A stretch of DNA of 64,000 nt from contig AP026130.1 in assembly GCA_030295235.1 (NCBI GenBank), forward strand, positions 434,001-498,000, in the 5' to 3' direction. The notes beneath the pieces are model-generated. The model searched no databases and was not told the origin of the DNA. It worked only from the letters and a program-made list of their open reading frames with translations. How positions within the stretch are numbered: position 1 is the stretch's first letter; each line of letters opens with the position of its first letter. The translations under genes were made by a program, and so were the position numbers. The stretch comes from Fistulifera solaris. Lineage: Eukaryota. Below are positions 35,592-47,928 of this stretch, one piece after another.

Positions 35592-35920
35592 TGAATCAAT
35601 CCAGATGTGTTAGGGACAGGGATGGATCGGTAGTGCCACGTCACCGTGCATTTATGCCTTAAGGTTACATCGGTTCCACCTTGACATTATCCCTTCTATT
35701 CGGTCACGGATGCATAAGCTATGCATAACACTTGCAAGTGAGTGACCTAATGGGTGATCTAGCGGTTAAGCTAGATCATGAAAGCGTGAACAGAGACGTC
35801 GAGCAGGAATTGGAGATGCAAGAGCATTCCATCATTTCGACTAGTTTAGAGCTCATAGTTTTGAGCCCGGTAAAATAGATGCTCATTACGGCTTGTAATC
35901 AGTACTTCTAGACTTATTCA
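35592..35920 (+). repeat. 5' LTR (329 bp)
   Basis: TGAAT...ATTCA termini; matches 41824-42153 except for one C indel. Confidence 0.96.
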
Positions 35921-35948
35921 GTTTATCAACGACCCAGCTTTAACCAAG

Positions 35949-38900
35949 ATGGATTCCTTTGGGAGATTGATGGAACGGCGATTGAACGGATTGCGGCAGG
36001 GCATCCTCCACCCTCGGATTGCGATTGGTCAGCCAAATCCCGAGGCAGATTCGCCCTCATATTCCAACCCAGTATCGCATTCCAGGCGGATTTCCAAATC
36101 CACCACCCGAGGCCCCGCTCAATGGAACCGCGGGCTTGAGATTGGTCTTAGCACAGTGTGGGTTAACTGATGCACAGACGACGTCTCTCATGGGAAATAA
36201 CATCACGTGTCTTGAAGATTTCGGCGAACTTGGCGAAGAAGAAGTCGAAGAGCACCTAAAGATACTTGCTCGTACTTCCGAAGAAAGAGGAGGTATGGTG
36301 CTTGGACTTGGAGTGGTGCCGAAAGTCAAGGCACTTTCTACACTTTTGCATGAACTTGCAAGATCGGGAGATGGCGTTCTCGATGCATACAAGGTGACAA
36401 TTCCGTATCTTCGGGAATGGCAAAGCAAATCGAAAGTGGTTGTCAAAGGTAATGACAAACTCGAAGTTTCGATGCCCGAGAAGTTTGATTATAAGGATTG
36501 GGTTTCGTTCAAGGATGGAATCGAGAACTACTTCCGTCAGACGAAAGGAACTCGGATGATCCCGTTATACTACATAATTCGCGAGTGATACACCTCCGAC
36601 TGGCATCATGAGTTTCGCAGAGGCTCGTTTGTGGAACGCGCGTCATGATGGTCCCGAGTACGAAGATGATAATGCACGCGTCTACCAGCAGTTGGTACAA
36701 GTCTTTCGTGGTACCGACGGATGGGCTTATGTGGCAATGGCAAAGCCCCAAGATGGACGTGCAGCATGGAAACGCTTGTGTCATCATTATGACGGTCCTC
36801 ACGCTGTGGAGAAGCTGTATTGCTTGGGCAAAGTCGGAGATAACCAACACGGTCTACGCATCCGAAGCACGTTTTCCGCTTGAACGCTACGTCACAAAGC
36901 TAACGGATTGTTTCCGTATCTTGGAACAAAACGGTGCTGCAAGAGTGAACGCGAAAGTCGATGCTTTCTACCGGCCTGAAAAGTACAAATGAAGATTTCA
37001 AGTCACTTGTTACTTTCATTTTCAACAACATTGAAGTGCGGAATAATTACCAAGCAACTGCCGATGCTCTACTGGAATCAAGTTATCGCATGGCGCCGAT
37101 CACTCAGAGAGAATCTACTAGTGCTCGAAAAGTGGCGAAGGCGAATGCCAAGCGCGACGGAAAATCTGGTAATGGCAATTCGAACAAGAAAAAGGCCAAA
37201 AGTAATGATGGTCAGAGCGGACCACCGACGGGAACTTATGTTCTTGATGAGAAGAACGGGAAGAAGCTTTGTAATGGGATTGACGTTACGAATCCAAAGC
37301 GAAACTTTACCAACGAAGAATGGGGAAAGATGGGCGATTACGTTTCTATCCTGAAGGCGGAACGTAAGATTGCGGCAGCCAACACGAACAATTCTTCCGG
37401 GAATGGCAGTCGTTTTGGAACTGGCGGTCAAGGCAGCTGAGGACGTGGCGGTAGGACTAGTGGTCAAGATAGGAAAGTATCTGTGCTTCGAGTAACACAG
37501 ATGCGTAAGCTAAGCTTATTACATCTACACCACATCCCACGACGCCAGATCATAGAGCAAACTGCGAACTCGACTCGCATGCCGATACAACATGTTTCGG
37601 TTCCAATTTCGCACCATTTGGATTCACCGACATGACATGTACCGTCTTTCCATATAGCGAAGACTACGATGCCAAGCAAGATGTTCCGATAGTACATGCC
37701 GCAACAGCCTACGATGATCCAGTAACGGGTCACACTACATTATTGTGTTTCTACCACGGACTATGGTTTGGGAATACATTGAATGGAAGTCTCATCAATC
37801 CAAATCAATGCCGTGCTTATGGTATCGATATATGTGATGATCCATGGGACAAATATCGTGGCCTACGACTTCGAATACCTGATGAAGGATTCGAGATACC
37901 TTTCTCTTATTCGGGTAACGTCGTTTCATTCGAGACAAGAGTCCCAACGCCAGAGGAGTTGAATGATTGTCCAAAATATGACATGACTTCAAAGGTTGCT
38001 TGGGATCCTGCAACAATTGGAGCACCACAGTTGTCGCAGGAAGAGGAGGCACGGAAGCGATTAATTGGTCAAGTTAAGATTGAATCAAATATTGTGGACA
38101 GGGAGTCCGCGCTACTCCGTCAAGGGGAGCCCGAATTTGATGTTTTATTGAATGATTGCAGTTCGGTGTTTTCAGAGAAAGTGTTTACACAGAAACTCAT
38201 TGCAGCGGTCAAGATTGCGAGTCCTTATGATCCACCATCGATAGAGGAGTTTCGTTCAGAGGAGCAATCGGATGCAAAGATCAACGCAATTGGGAGTGGC
38301 ACTCGACATTCAAGAGCAACACCAGAAGAAATTTCGAAGAAATTTGGTTGTGGGTTGGAAACAGCGGCAAAGACGCTGAAAGCTACAACGAATTATGGTG
38401 TAAGAACTGCAACAGGTCCATTAATTCGAAGGTATCGAACCGACATTATGCAATCGACACATCGGCGAATTCGTGCAACCGTTTTTAACGACACCATGTT
38501 TGCGAAGACGAAAAGTCTGCGAGGTAATAAGAGTGCAGAAGTTTTCACGGATGGACATTTCGTGACAGTCAAGCCAACTACAAACAAAACTGGTGAAACG
38601 GTAGCGAATGCATTGCGAATTGATCCAAGAGGTGGGGATACCTCAGAAGATCGTTACCGATGATGCTAAGGAGAAGCTCGGTCCGAATACGAAGTGGATG
38701 GAACACATTCGACATTTTAAAATGGATTGGGGCAACACGGAACCTTATTCGCATTGGCAGAATAGAGCCGAAGATGCGATTCGTGAAGTAAGACGAAGGT
38801 GGAAGCTTTTACAACATCGACGGCGATTCGAACAGACTTTGGGACTACGGATTGACGCATATAGCCGAGATAATGTCCAGAACAGTCAGAGTCGGATCAG

Positions 38901-41656
38901 ATCGTACACCATACGAGATACTAACTGGTGATACCCGACATTTCTGAGTACATCGACTTCGATTTCTACGATTGGGTATGGTTCTATAACAATCCGAACG
39001 ATAAAGAAGCTCCACCCGAAATCGGGAAGATGGCTTGGGGTCTCGCATCGCGTTGGCGCTTCTATGTGCTACTTCGTTTTGACTCAGAAAGGGGTCGTTT
39101 TGTCGAGATCGTCAGTACAACCAATTAATCTACAGGAGGAACTGTCCGATGAGGTACGATCACGGATGGAGAAGTTCGATGTAGAAATTAATGGGAGGTT
39201 GGCCGATGACAAGTTCATCAGTGACGATATTACGACAGGAATCATCTACCTTGAAGACGACGATCCAGTCGCTGAAGGAGAGGAAAAGAGTCCAATCCTG
39301 GAAGCCGATGACGTTTGGGATGTCAATGCATACGATCATTATCTCAATGCGGAAATATTACTCCCAGTTGGTGACGGCAGGATCGCCGGAACCGTCATTG
39401 AAAGGAAAACGAGACTCGGATGGCAAGCCGATTGGTGTGAGACATCAAGTGCCAATGATGGATACAAGGTTGTACAGAGTCAAACTTGCTGACGAACGGT
39501 TAGGGAACTTTTCGCCGAATAACATCGCCGAATGTATGTTCTCTGAAGTTGACAGTGAGGGACGCTCGTATCGACTACTGAAGGAAATATCAGACCATCG
39601 AAAGGATAAAACGGCGATCAATAAAGCGGATGGCATATTCGTTTTCAACAAACGAGAATACAAGAAGAAGACGACGCGTGGTTGGTACCTTCTAGTCGAA
39701 TGGATGGAAGGGTATTCCGACTGGGTTCCGTTGAAAGATTTGAAAGAAGCGTATCCAGTGCAAGTAGCAGAATATGCGAAAGCAAACAACATCCATGACG
39801 AACCGGCATTTGCATGGTGGGTAGGAGATGTTCTTCAGAAACGAAACACTATCCTAGCAAAAGTTAAGTCGAGATACTGGAAAACGACACACAAGTTTGG
39901 CATTCGAATTCCGAAAACTGTGCAGGAAGCTCTTCAAATTGACAAGGATACCGGAACTGATTTTTGGCGTCGGGCAATTGAAAAGGAAATGGGAAAAATC
40001 AGCGCTATGGGCACATTCGAAAGATGGAATGGCGGCTCGGCAGAAGATATTCGGAGCGGCAAAGTCAAACTACCGGGATTTCGAGAAATAAAGTGTCACA
40101 TGATATTTGACATCAAAATGGATGGCAAGTTTACACGAAAGGCAAGATTCGTGGCTGATGGTAACATGACTGGCGAATTGCCAGCTTACATGACATACTC
40201 GACAGTCGTCGAGAGAAAGTGTCCGCATTGCATTTCTGTACGCGCAGCTCAATGATTTGGATATCTTGGGTTGCGACGTAACAAATGCGTATCTCAACGC
40301 ACCATGTCAGGAGAAGATATGGGTTGCAGCAGGTCTCGAATTTGGAGATGATTTGAGAGGAGCTTGCATGATTATTCGAAAAGCGTTGTATGGTCTCAAG
40401 ACTTCAGGATCGAGTTGAAGCAAAACACTTTCCGAGACCTTAAATGACATGAAGTACGTTTCGACGATGGCGGACCCCGATGTCTACCGACTGAAGTATC
40501 AAGAAGAACGGTGATCACTACTACAAATTCGTTTTGACTTATGTCGACGATATTTTATGCGTGAGTGAAAACCGAAAGCTACGATGGATATACTCAGTAA
40601 GGTTTATGCACTGAGAGACGGCCGAGGAACCCGACAGGTATCTTGGCGCCAATGTAGCGAAAGCACAATTGAATGATGGACGCACCGCATGGTCTTTATC
40701 AAGTGATGATTATGTCAAGGGTGCGATCGATATTGTGAAAGGCATGCTCGCTAAGGACAAAAGTTACTTAAAGACAAGAGGTAACGAGCGGCCAATGCCA
40801 GAGAACTACCGTCCAGAGGAGGATACAACACGCGAATTGACGCCAGAACTAGCGACAAGATATCAACAACTTATCGGGATGTTGCGATGGGCATGTGAAC
40901 TTGGAAGAGTGGACATTTTGCTTGAAGTGTCGTTACTTTCACATCATTTGTGTTTGCCAAGAGAAGGACATCTCGAAGCAGTTTACAAGATCTTCGCTTA
41001 TTTGGACAACCACAACAAATCCAACAGGGTCTTTGATCCCAAAGTAATACATCTTGATGAGAGTGCATTTCCAAAGACAGATTGGAAAGACTCGATCTAC
41101 GGTGAGGTGACAGAGGAGCTACCCCCGAATGCACCCGAACCACTCGGTAAGCCTGTGTACATGACATGTTTTGTTGATGCTAATCATGCAGGAGAAACTA
41201 CAACACGACGTTCGCAAACAGGGTATTTAATTTATTTGAATAATGCTCCCATCGACTGGTTCTCCAAGAAGCAGAACACCGTGGAATCATCAACGTTTGG
41301 ATCTGAGTTTGTGGCCATGCGAATTGCAGTCGAGAAGATTCGAGCACTGCGATACAAGTTACGCATGTTTGGGATTCCAATTGAAGGTCCGACATCCGTC
41401 TTGGGCGACAATGAAAGCGTTGTTAATAGCGTTTCCAAAATGGAAGCTCGGCTTAACAAGAAGCACAATGCTATCTGCTTTCATGCAGTTCGGGAAGCAT
41501 GCTGCCGGTTGGATTCGAGTTGGAAAGGAGCCAACAGCAACGAATGTCGCTGACCTTTTCACAAAGATGTTGCCAACGGCAAAGCGGCGCGAGCATCTTG
41601 TCAAGATATTCATCAAGAAGGTCAAGATGATCTTCAGGAAGAATCAAAAGAGCTAA
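35949..41656 (+). pseudogene. gag-pol polyprotein, interrupted in this assembly by many frameshifts and stops
   Basis: Gag DGRAAWKRLCHHYDGP; protease ELDSHADT near 37566; integrase FNDTMF / VTDDAKE / QNRAE; RT FTRKARFVADG, CDVTNAYL, KALYGLK, YVDD; RNase H FVDANHAG, ESSTFGSEF, GDN, NVADLFTK. Confidence 0.9.
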
Positions 41657-41823
41657 TGAAGCTCTACCCCAGCGCGAGGTATCGAGTGATCCCTCCTGGA
41701 CATCCAAAATGGATGGGCTTAAATACAAGTCCAGGTAAAGGCAGGTCGTATTTGAGCCACAGAAGGATTGAGGAATAACTTGCGTATCAACGAAACTGAG
41801 GCACTTTGTTGACACGAGAGGAG

Positions 41824-42153
41824 TGAATCAATCCAGATGTGTTAGGGACAGGGATGGATCGGTAGTGCCACGTCACCGTGCATTTATGCCTTAAGGTTAC
41901 ATCGGTTCCACCTTGACATTATCCCTTCTATTCGGTCACGGATGCATAAGCTATGCATAACACTTGCAAGTGAGTGACCTAATGGGTGATCTAGCCGGTT
42001 AAGCTAGATCATGAAAGCGTGAACAGAGACGTCGAGCAGGAATTGGAGATGCAAGAGCATTCCATCATTTCGACTAGTTTAGAGCTCATAGTTTTGAGCC
42101 CGGTAAAATAGATGCTCATTACGGCTTGTAATCAGTACTTCTAGACTTATTCA
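41824..42153 (+). repeat. 3' LTR (330 bp)
   Basis: Direct repeat of 35592-35920. Confidence 0.96.
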
Positions 42154-42622
42154 CGAGTTCGCACGCGAGCGGCCTTTTTTCGAGAAAGGTCGAGCGACCG
42201 ATTTAAAAGCGTTAGAGATAAGGATCATTAGTAACGTGACTCGTGACTCGTGACCTATTTAGTGCGGAAATAGGGTTGCCTAAGATGTACACAATCAATG
42301 AGAGTACTCCTACGATGGCTGTTCATTATTTAGGAAAAGAAATACCGAATGTCACAAATAGCTTTTAACTTAAGAAATATATTTATTCAAATATACATGA
42401 TATACCGCGCCGGGCCAACCGACAGATACGGTAGGTGTGAGCTTGCTTGAGGCAAGAATGCGAAACCAACATCACAAATATCCGACAAACATAACAAACT
42501 CCAAAACATAGGGTATCACCGGATCATTGTCGTTCTTGTCATCTTTCTCCTAGCTAACAAGTAATTGACTCCCACGTGAAACGCTTCCCGACTCGCGATT
42601 CGCAACGCTTTGCAACACAACA

Positions 42623-43159
42623 ATGTTCCGCCCAAAAAAGACGCACGTGAGACGAAGGGTGGAAGACGTGGAATACTGGCGCAAACGCGCAGGTTGGTTT
42701 GATGATGATACCTCAATGCAAAGCTACAACAACGGGGTATACGATGCCTATTATCAAGCGGATGACGACGGATCCCACAAAAATAGGAACGCCCACAATG
42801 CGAAGAAGGCAGCAAAAGCTGCGAGAGCGGAGAAGATGAAGAAGGCTGTCAAAGTATTGACCGTTTTGATTTCGGTCGTGCTTATATTTTTCATGTTTAG
42901 GCTGATTTGCCGGCGCATGGCAGATGCAAAAAAAGACAAAAAGAAGAAATCTGACAGCAAATCCGTCGATGGAAGTAAGCCACGGAGCAGAAGTCGTTCG
43001 CGCTCGAGGAAAGGAGAGTATGATCTGTTGCAAGACGACAAAAGTGAGGCGCGAGGCAAGCGGAGCAGAAGCAAGAGTCGAACAAGAACTAAAAGCCGTA
43101 GTAGAACAAGGACGCGTTCGACTTCTCGCTCTCGTAAAGAGAAACCTATTGTAGTATGA
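42623..43159 (+). CDS. Hypothetical single-pass membrane protein with a K-rich and RS-repeat tail
   Basis: 178-aa ORF with TM segment VLTVLISVVLIFFMFRLIC and a tail reading RSRSRSRSR...RSRSKSRTRTKSRSRTRTRSTSRSR. Confidence 0.75.
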   Translation: MFRPKKTHVRRRVEDVEYWRKRAGWFDDDTSMQSYNNGVYDAYYQADDDGSHKNRNAHNAKKAAKAARAEKMKKAVKVLTVLISVVLIFFMFRLICRRMADAKKDKKKKSDSKSVDGSKPRSRSRSRSRKGEYDLLQDDKSEARGKRSRSKSRTRTKSRSRTRTRSTSRSRKEKPIVV

Positions 43160-43357
43160 TCAAACCAAAACTAAGCTTATTTCCTCAACAATTATCGGAT
43201 ATAAGCAACGACACAATGGTTGACTCTTTTCACATTCAAGATAAATGATTACTAAGGCCTATGTTGCTATTCAGCTATCGCTAAGCTGTGAATTTTTCGA
43301 GGTTAATGTTAAGTGGTAAAGAAATGTTCGTCTTAGACTTGAATAATTGATTATGGT

Positions 43358-44655
43358 TTACGCTTTAACTTGGTGATAAGCCCACTTGAGCCAAGGCATT
43401 AGTGCTTCCACATCTGCTTGCTCAACGGTAGAGCCGCACCAGATACGAATAGAAGGCGGCGCGTCACGGTAACCTCCGATGTCCAACGCCACTCCCTCTT
43501 TCTCGAGAAGTGAAACAAACGCTTTGATTTGTTCGGCGGTGAGATCAAGAGTGCAGCACACCGAAGTAGACGAGCGGATAGCGGGGTCCTTTGCTAGGAA
43601 ATCAATCCAGTCGTTTTCCGCAACAAATTTTTCAATCACGGCAAGATTGTTCAAACTAAGCTTCTTCAATCCAGGAACGCCACCGATAGAGTCAGCCCAC
43701 TGAAGGGCGTCGATGTAATCTTCAACAGCCAACATACTGGGGGTGTTGATAGTAGAACCCTTAAAAATGGAGGTGTCAACCTTTCCTTTCTTCGTCATAC
43801 GGAAAATTTTCGGAAGAGGACGGTTTTCGGGAACATATGTTTCCAAGCGTTCGACGGCGCGCGGGCTGAGAATGAGGACACCATGGCCACCTTCTCCACC
43901 AAGGACCTTTTGCCAAGAATACGTAGTGACATCGAGCTTCTCCCAGGGCATGTCCATCGCAAAGCAAGCTGAAGTTGCGTCACAGAAGGTCAAACCCTTA
44001 CGGTCGTCAGAAATAAAGTCACATCCGTCAGGAACTCGAACACCCGAAGTAGTTCCGTTGAAAGTGAAGCAAATATCATGGTCAGGGTTTGTCTTAGAAA
44101 GGTCAGGAAGCTGACCATAGTCAGCCGAAAACTCATTGACTTCTACCAAGTCTTTCAGTTTCAAGTGAGAGACGGCATCCCCGTACCATCCCTTGCCAAA
44201 AGATTCCCAGTAGCAAATATCCACATTTCGAGCTCCTAGCATGTTCCACATTGCCATTTCGTAAGCGCCAGTATCAGAGGCAGGCACGATTCCGAGCAGG
44301 TAGTCATCCGGGAGTCCCAAGATGCGCTTTGACTCGTCAATGGCCAGTGCGAGGCGTTCCTTTCCGATTTTTGAGCGATGACTTCGGCCCAAGATTCGCT
44401 TGTCGAGTGCATCGACGTTGTAACCTGGTCGTTTCTTGCACGGTCCCGACGAAAACTCAGGGTTGACAGGCTAAAGAGCAGGAGACAACCTGAATTAGAT
44501 TTCAAAGTAAAGGTCACAAGATCCGAACAAAATCGGCGAACACGCACCTTGGCGGCAGGAGGAGCCATGCTCATCATCCGAACCGACACTCGAGGGAGGA
44601 ATGTTGGCTGCTTGTGAGCGAAAGCCAAGAAACGTGAGGAAGTTAAGCGCAACAT
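43358..44655 (-). CDS. serC: Phosphoserine aminotransferase (Methanosarcina/alphaproteobacterial type), mitochondrion-targeted
   Basis: [42 protein letters not shown] (PLP lysine), TINTPS, YRDAPP. Arg/Ser-rich presequence; intron 44547-44471. Confidence 0.94.
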
Positions 44656-46240
44656 GGTGAGTTTTTCTGGGTTTTAGCTCAATTGAAGATAATTGTGACC
44701 AGTTGGGGCTGTGTGTCCGACGTTGTTGATGGGCGAAAGCGAAAAAGCGATGATGGAGTGACGAGCCGCGTTCATCGCGAAGGTTTCCAACCAACGTGCA
44801 AATTTATTCATTGTGAACGTGCGGGAGGGAAGAGGGAACGAACGTGCAGCCCACCATCCGACACTTTTGATTGGTCAGCCCGTCTGTAAGACGCTCGCTT
44901 CGTCGGATCTTAGCCAACCAACCAACCCTCGTTTCTCGTTCTTGTTCCTCGTCCCGCGTCCCGTTCTGCGGAGTATTTTTTATGCCTCTAGGTATGGGTA
45001 CCGCTAAGCGATTACGGTATCAAACACTTAAATGAGAAACGGCCATCGGACCGTTGGATGTCTAAGTATCACTCTTTGTTCAGTCAGTCGTGCGTATGAT
45101 CTTTTCTTTTCTGACCACAAACGCTTCTACTATAGTTTAAAGTGTAGGGCTATTTTGAGGCTCTGAACTTTGGTGCACTAAAGTGAAGGTTTCCGCGTTT
45201 CCGTATCTTTTCGCTTTTTGCGCGCCAAAAGCCACAGACCACGGACCACGGACCACGGATCCATGTTCCTTGAAAAGAAAAAAAATCTCAAACGATCGGA
45301 ATCCAACAGCACAGTCACAGGAAGTTCTTCCCTTCCAAATTGTCCTCGTATCTTATTACTGCAATAGCGTTGCTTCATTTAGAAAAGGTTAGTTTCACGT
45401 GCAGCTGTTGAAATGAAAACGAAGCATTCGCCAAAGCGTATACATCGTTTGTTTTTCCGATAAATATCGTACTTCCGAGGGTGTTGTAAGAATGTAAACG
45501 GGGCGGCTTTCACGTGTCGATCACATTTGTAGAAGTGAAATATAGTCAAGAGTGCTGAATAACTACATCCTCATCCAGACCTTTCATTGTCGTCGGTCTT
45601 CTAACATACCAATCACCAGTCGTTGATCGTGATGATCATTATTTTTCATCCTTCAACAAGGCTTTTGCGCTTTCAGATTTCCAGCATCTTCCAACTTCCG
45701 GTTGATGGAATTACGTCATCTGATCAGAATGCGCTGTCCGCAAATCGTCTCGCTTCTACTAAACAGTCCATAGTTCGAGTCCCGGTTTCGGATTTTCCAG
45801 CCTTGACTTCACCGCTTGCGTCAGCATGTGTACATGTTATCCGATAGCAAATTAGAAAGTTAATTGATCCCAACAAGACTTCTTTCGTTTTGTTTCTTCC
45901 AAGGTTTTAGATTTTAGATGTTCTGTTCTTTGCTCTTCGTTCATGCACGTCATTTGTTGGTGTCTGTCGTTCTTACTTTTTGACGGATAGTAATACTCAT
46001 CCCGAATCTGTTTCTACTGTTTTTCTCTGACTCCTGATGTCTCACATCTCAATCTTTGATCAGTCTGGCGCGACTGTATCCGCGGGCAATTCCGTCAAAA
46101 ACATCAAACGAAAGGATCGGAAATTCTTTTCAAAGCAAAAGTGATCTTTGGCAAAAGTCTTTGAAGACAAAAAAACATCCATCAAAGCTTCATAAAGTAA
46201 TTTGATCACCAATTACAATCGCAGGATAGAGAAGACAATC

Positions 46241-47723
46241 ATGCACGCTACCGTATCAAAGCGACGATCGAGCTTCAAGCCTAGCTCGATTCATCGCAAC
46301 GGAAACTCTCCGCTGGATCCGTCATGGACATTATCTTTTCGGGAAACTGTCTCGAAGGAGCTGGAGGTCAGAGAAAGCCTTGAATCGTCAGAAGTTCCCA
46401 TAGTGTCGGGAGCTGAAATGTTGTGTTTAGAGCGTGAAAAATTGAACGAAGCCTCGCAGGTTACATCTGTGGACGATACGAATTCACCTCTCCGAAAGCG
46501 CAAGAGGATTGCGAGTCCACATTTGAGTCTTTTCTCTCTTTCGCCGTCCTGAAAATACAGTTCGCTTGACGAAGTGCGATCTGTCGAGGAAGCTGGACGT
46601 CGAGTATGATTGCCAAGGAAAAGACTGCCGTGTCCTAGGACACGGAGCGTTTTCTACCGTAAGATCGGCTATCCGAAGACACGATGGAATGAAGGTGGCA
46701 ATCAAGAGTATTTCAAAGCATGATGCGCTGAAAGCTAGAAGACTTCGTATCAGTGGACGGACTTATGTAGAGGAGTGGGAGATATTGAAGCAGCTCAGTG
46801 AAAACCAACATGTCGTTTCGCTACTGGACATTTTCGAAACGAGTTATGAGATTCAGCTTGTTCTTGAATATTGTCCCGGCGGTGAACTATTTGACGCTAT
46901 CCAGAGGAAGCAAAGTACGACATTGACGAAACATCAATACAAAGAAGAAGACGCTTCTTTGATTACTCGACAACTTCTACACGCACTTCAGGATATCCAT
47001 AAGCGGGGGATCGCTCACAAAGATATCAAACCGGAAAACATTTTGCTATTCAGTACTGAAGAAAGTTGCTCAATTCATGTGAAACTCTGTGATTTTGGGA
47101 TGGCGCGAGTGATCTGTCAAGATAGTGATGACAATCTGTCCTGCGACGGAGATGCTTCTCCGGCCACTCCAAGTCGAACGCAGTCGTTTCAGTTGTTCGC
47201 ATCGGACTACTACACCGCTCCCGAGTTACAACTAGGCTGTGGCCTGTACGATACGGCTGTGGATATGTTTTCTCTTGGTGTTACAGTCTACATTCTGCTT
47301 TGTGGATTTCCACCTGTCTTTGAGGGTGATGATTCTGCCTGTGTGACCTTTCCTTTACTATACTGGAAGAATATTTCCGAGGAAGCCAAAGATTTCGTAC
47401 GAAGCTTGCTTGCGTTTGAACCAGCGTACCGCATCAGCGCGGAACGAGCTATGAAGCATCCTTGGATTCGGAAAGGCGATCGCTGTTCTCTTACTAAATC
47501 GGGGTTGACGACAGGTGATATGCGCATGGCATTGCTTAAGCGACGACTGTACCAATGCCTCAAGCACCCAAAGACTTCGTCAAGTCGCGACAAAGACAAA
47601 TATAGACAGTATCGAAAGCGGCCTCGAAGAGCTAGAGTCATACGAGTGAGTTTGGCCGAACTATGCGCAACAGGTGTGACAGCCGCGCCGTCAGTTGAAG
47701 CGATTGCTTCTCCGTCCCCGTAG
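46241..47723 (+). CDS. CAMK-like Ser/Thr protein kinase
   Basis: LGHGAFS, VAIK, GGELFD, HKDIKPEN, DFG, TAPE, DMFSLG, HPW. The N-terminal ORF is joined by a frameshift at 46527-46550. Confidence 0.9.
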
Positions 47724-47928
47724 AATGAGGGTTATGTATTAGTGATGATATTAGATGACTATTGATGATTCTTTTGATCTACTTTTAAAGTGGTGTCTAG
47801 AAGTTCCTATGTAGCAGTAAGGGTAAAGATTATAAAAATTGTCAGTTAGAAACGGGTAACGATACGACATTCCTTCAAGTGGTCATTGCGACGGTCACGA
47901 AAAAATGATTGCGAACGCGCGATGAACC

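Larger units (their letters stand above)
35592..42153 (+). mobile_element. Full-length Ty1/copia LTR retrotransposon of diatom CoDi type
   Basis: Paired LTRs with TG...CA ends, flanked by cgag on both sides. Purine tract gagaggag precedes the 3' LTR. Domain order gag-PR-IN-RT-RH. Confidence 0.97.

Noticed and set aside
37438..37440. Gag-pol stop-codon readthrough at the TGA
   Set aside because: The context GS*GRGGR suggests a CGA-to-TGA change in an RG tract, and the element has many other lesions; cannot be supported from one copy.
22699..42153. Functional link between the BAF-like gene and the nearby retrotransposon
   Set aside because: They are 12 kb and several genes apart and the insertion is very recent; proximity is probably chance.
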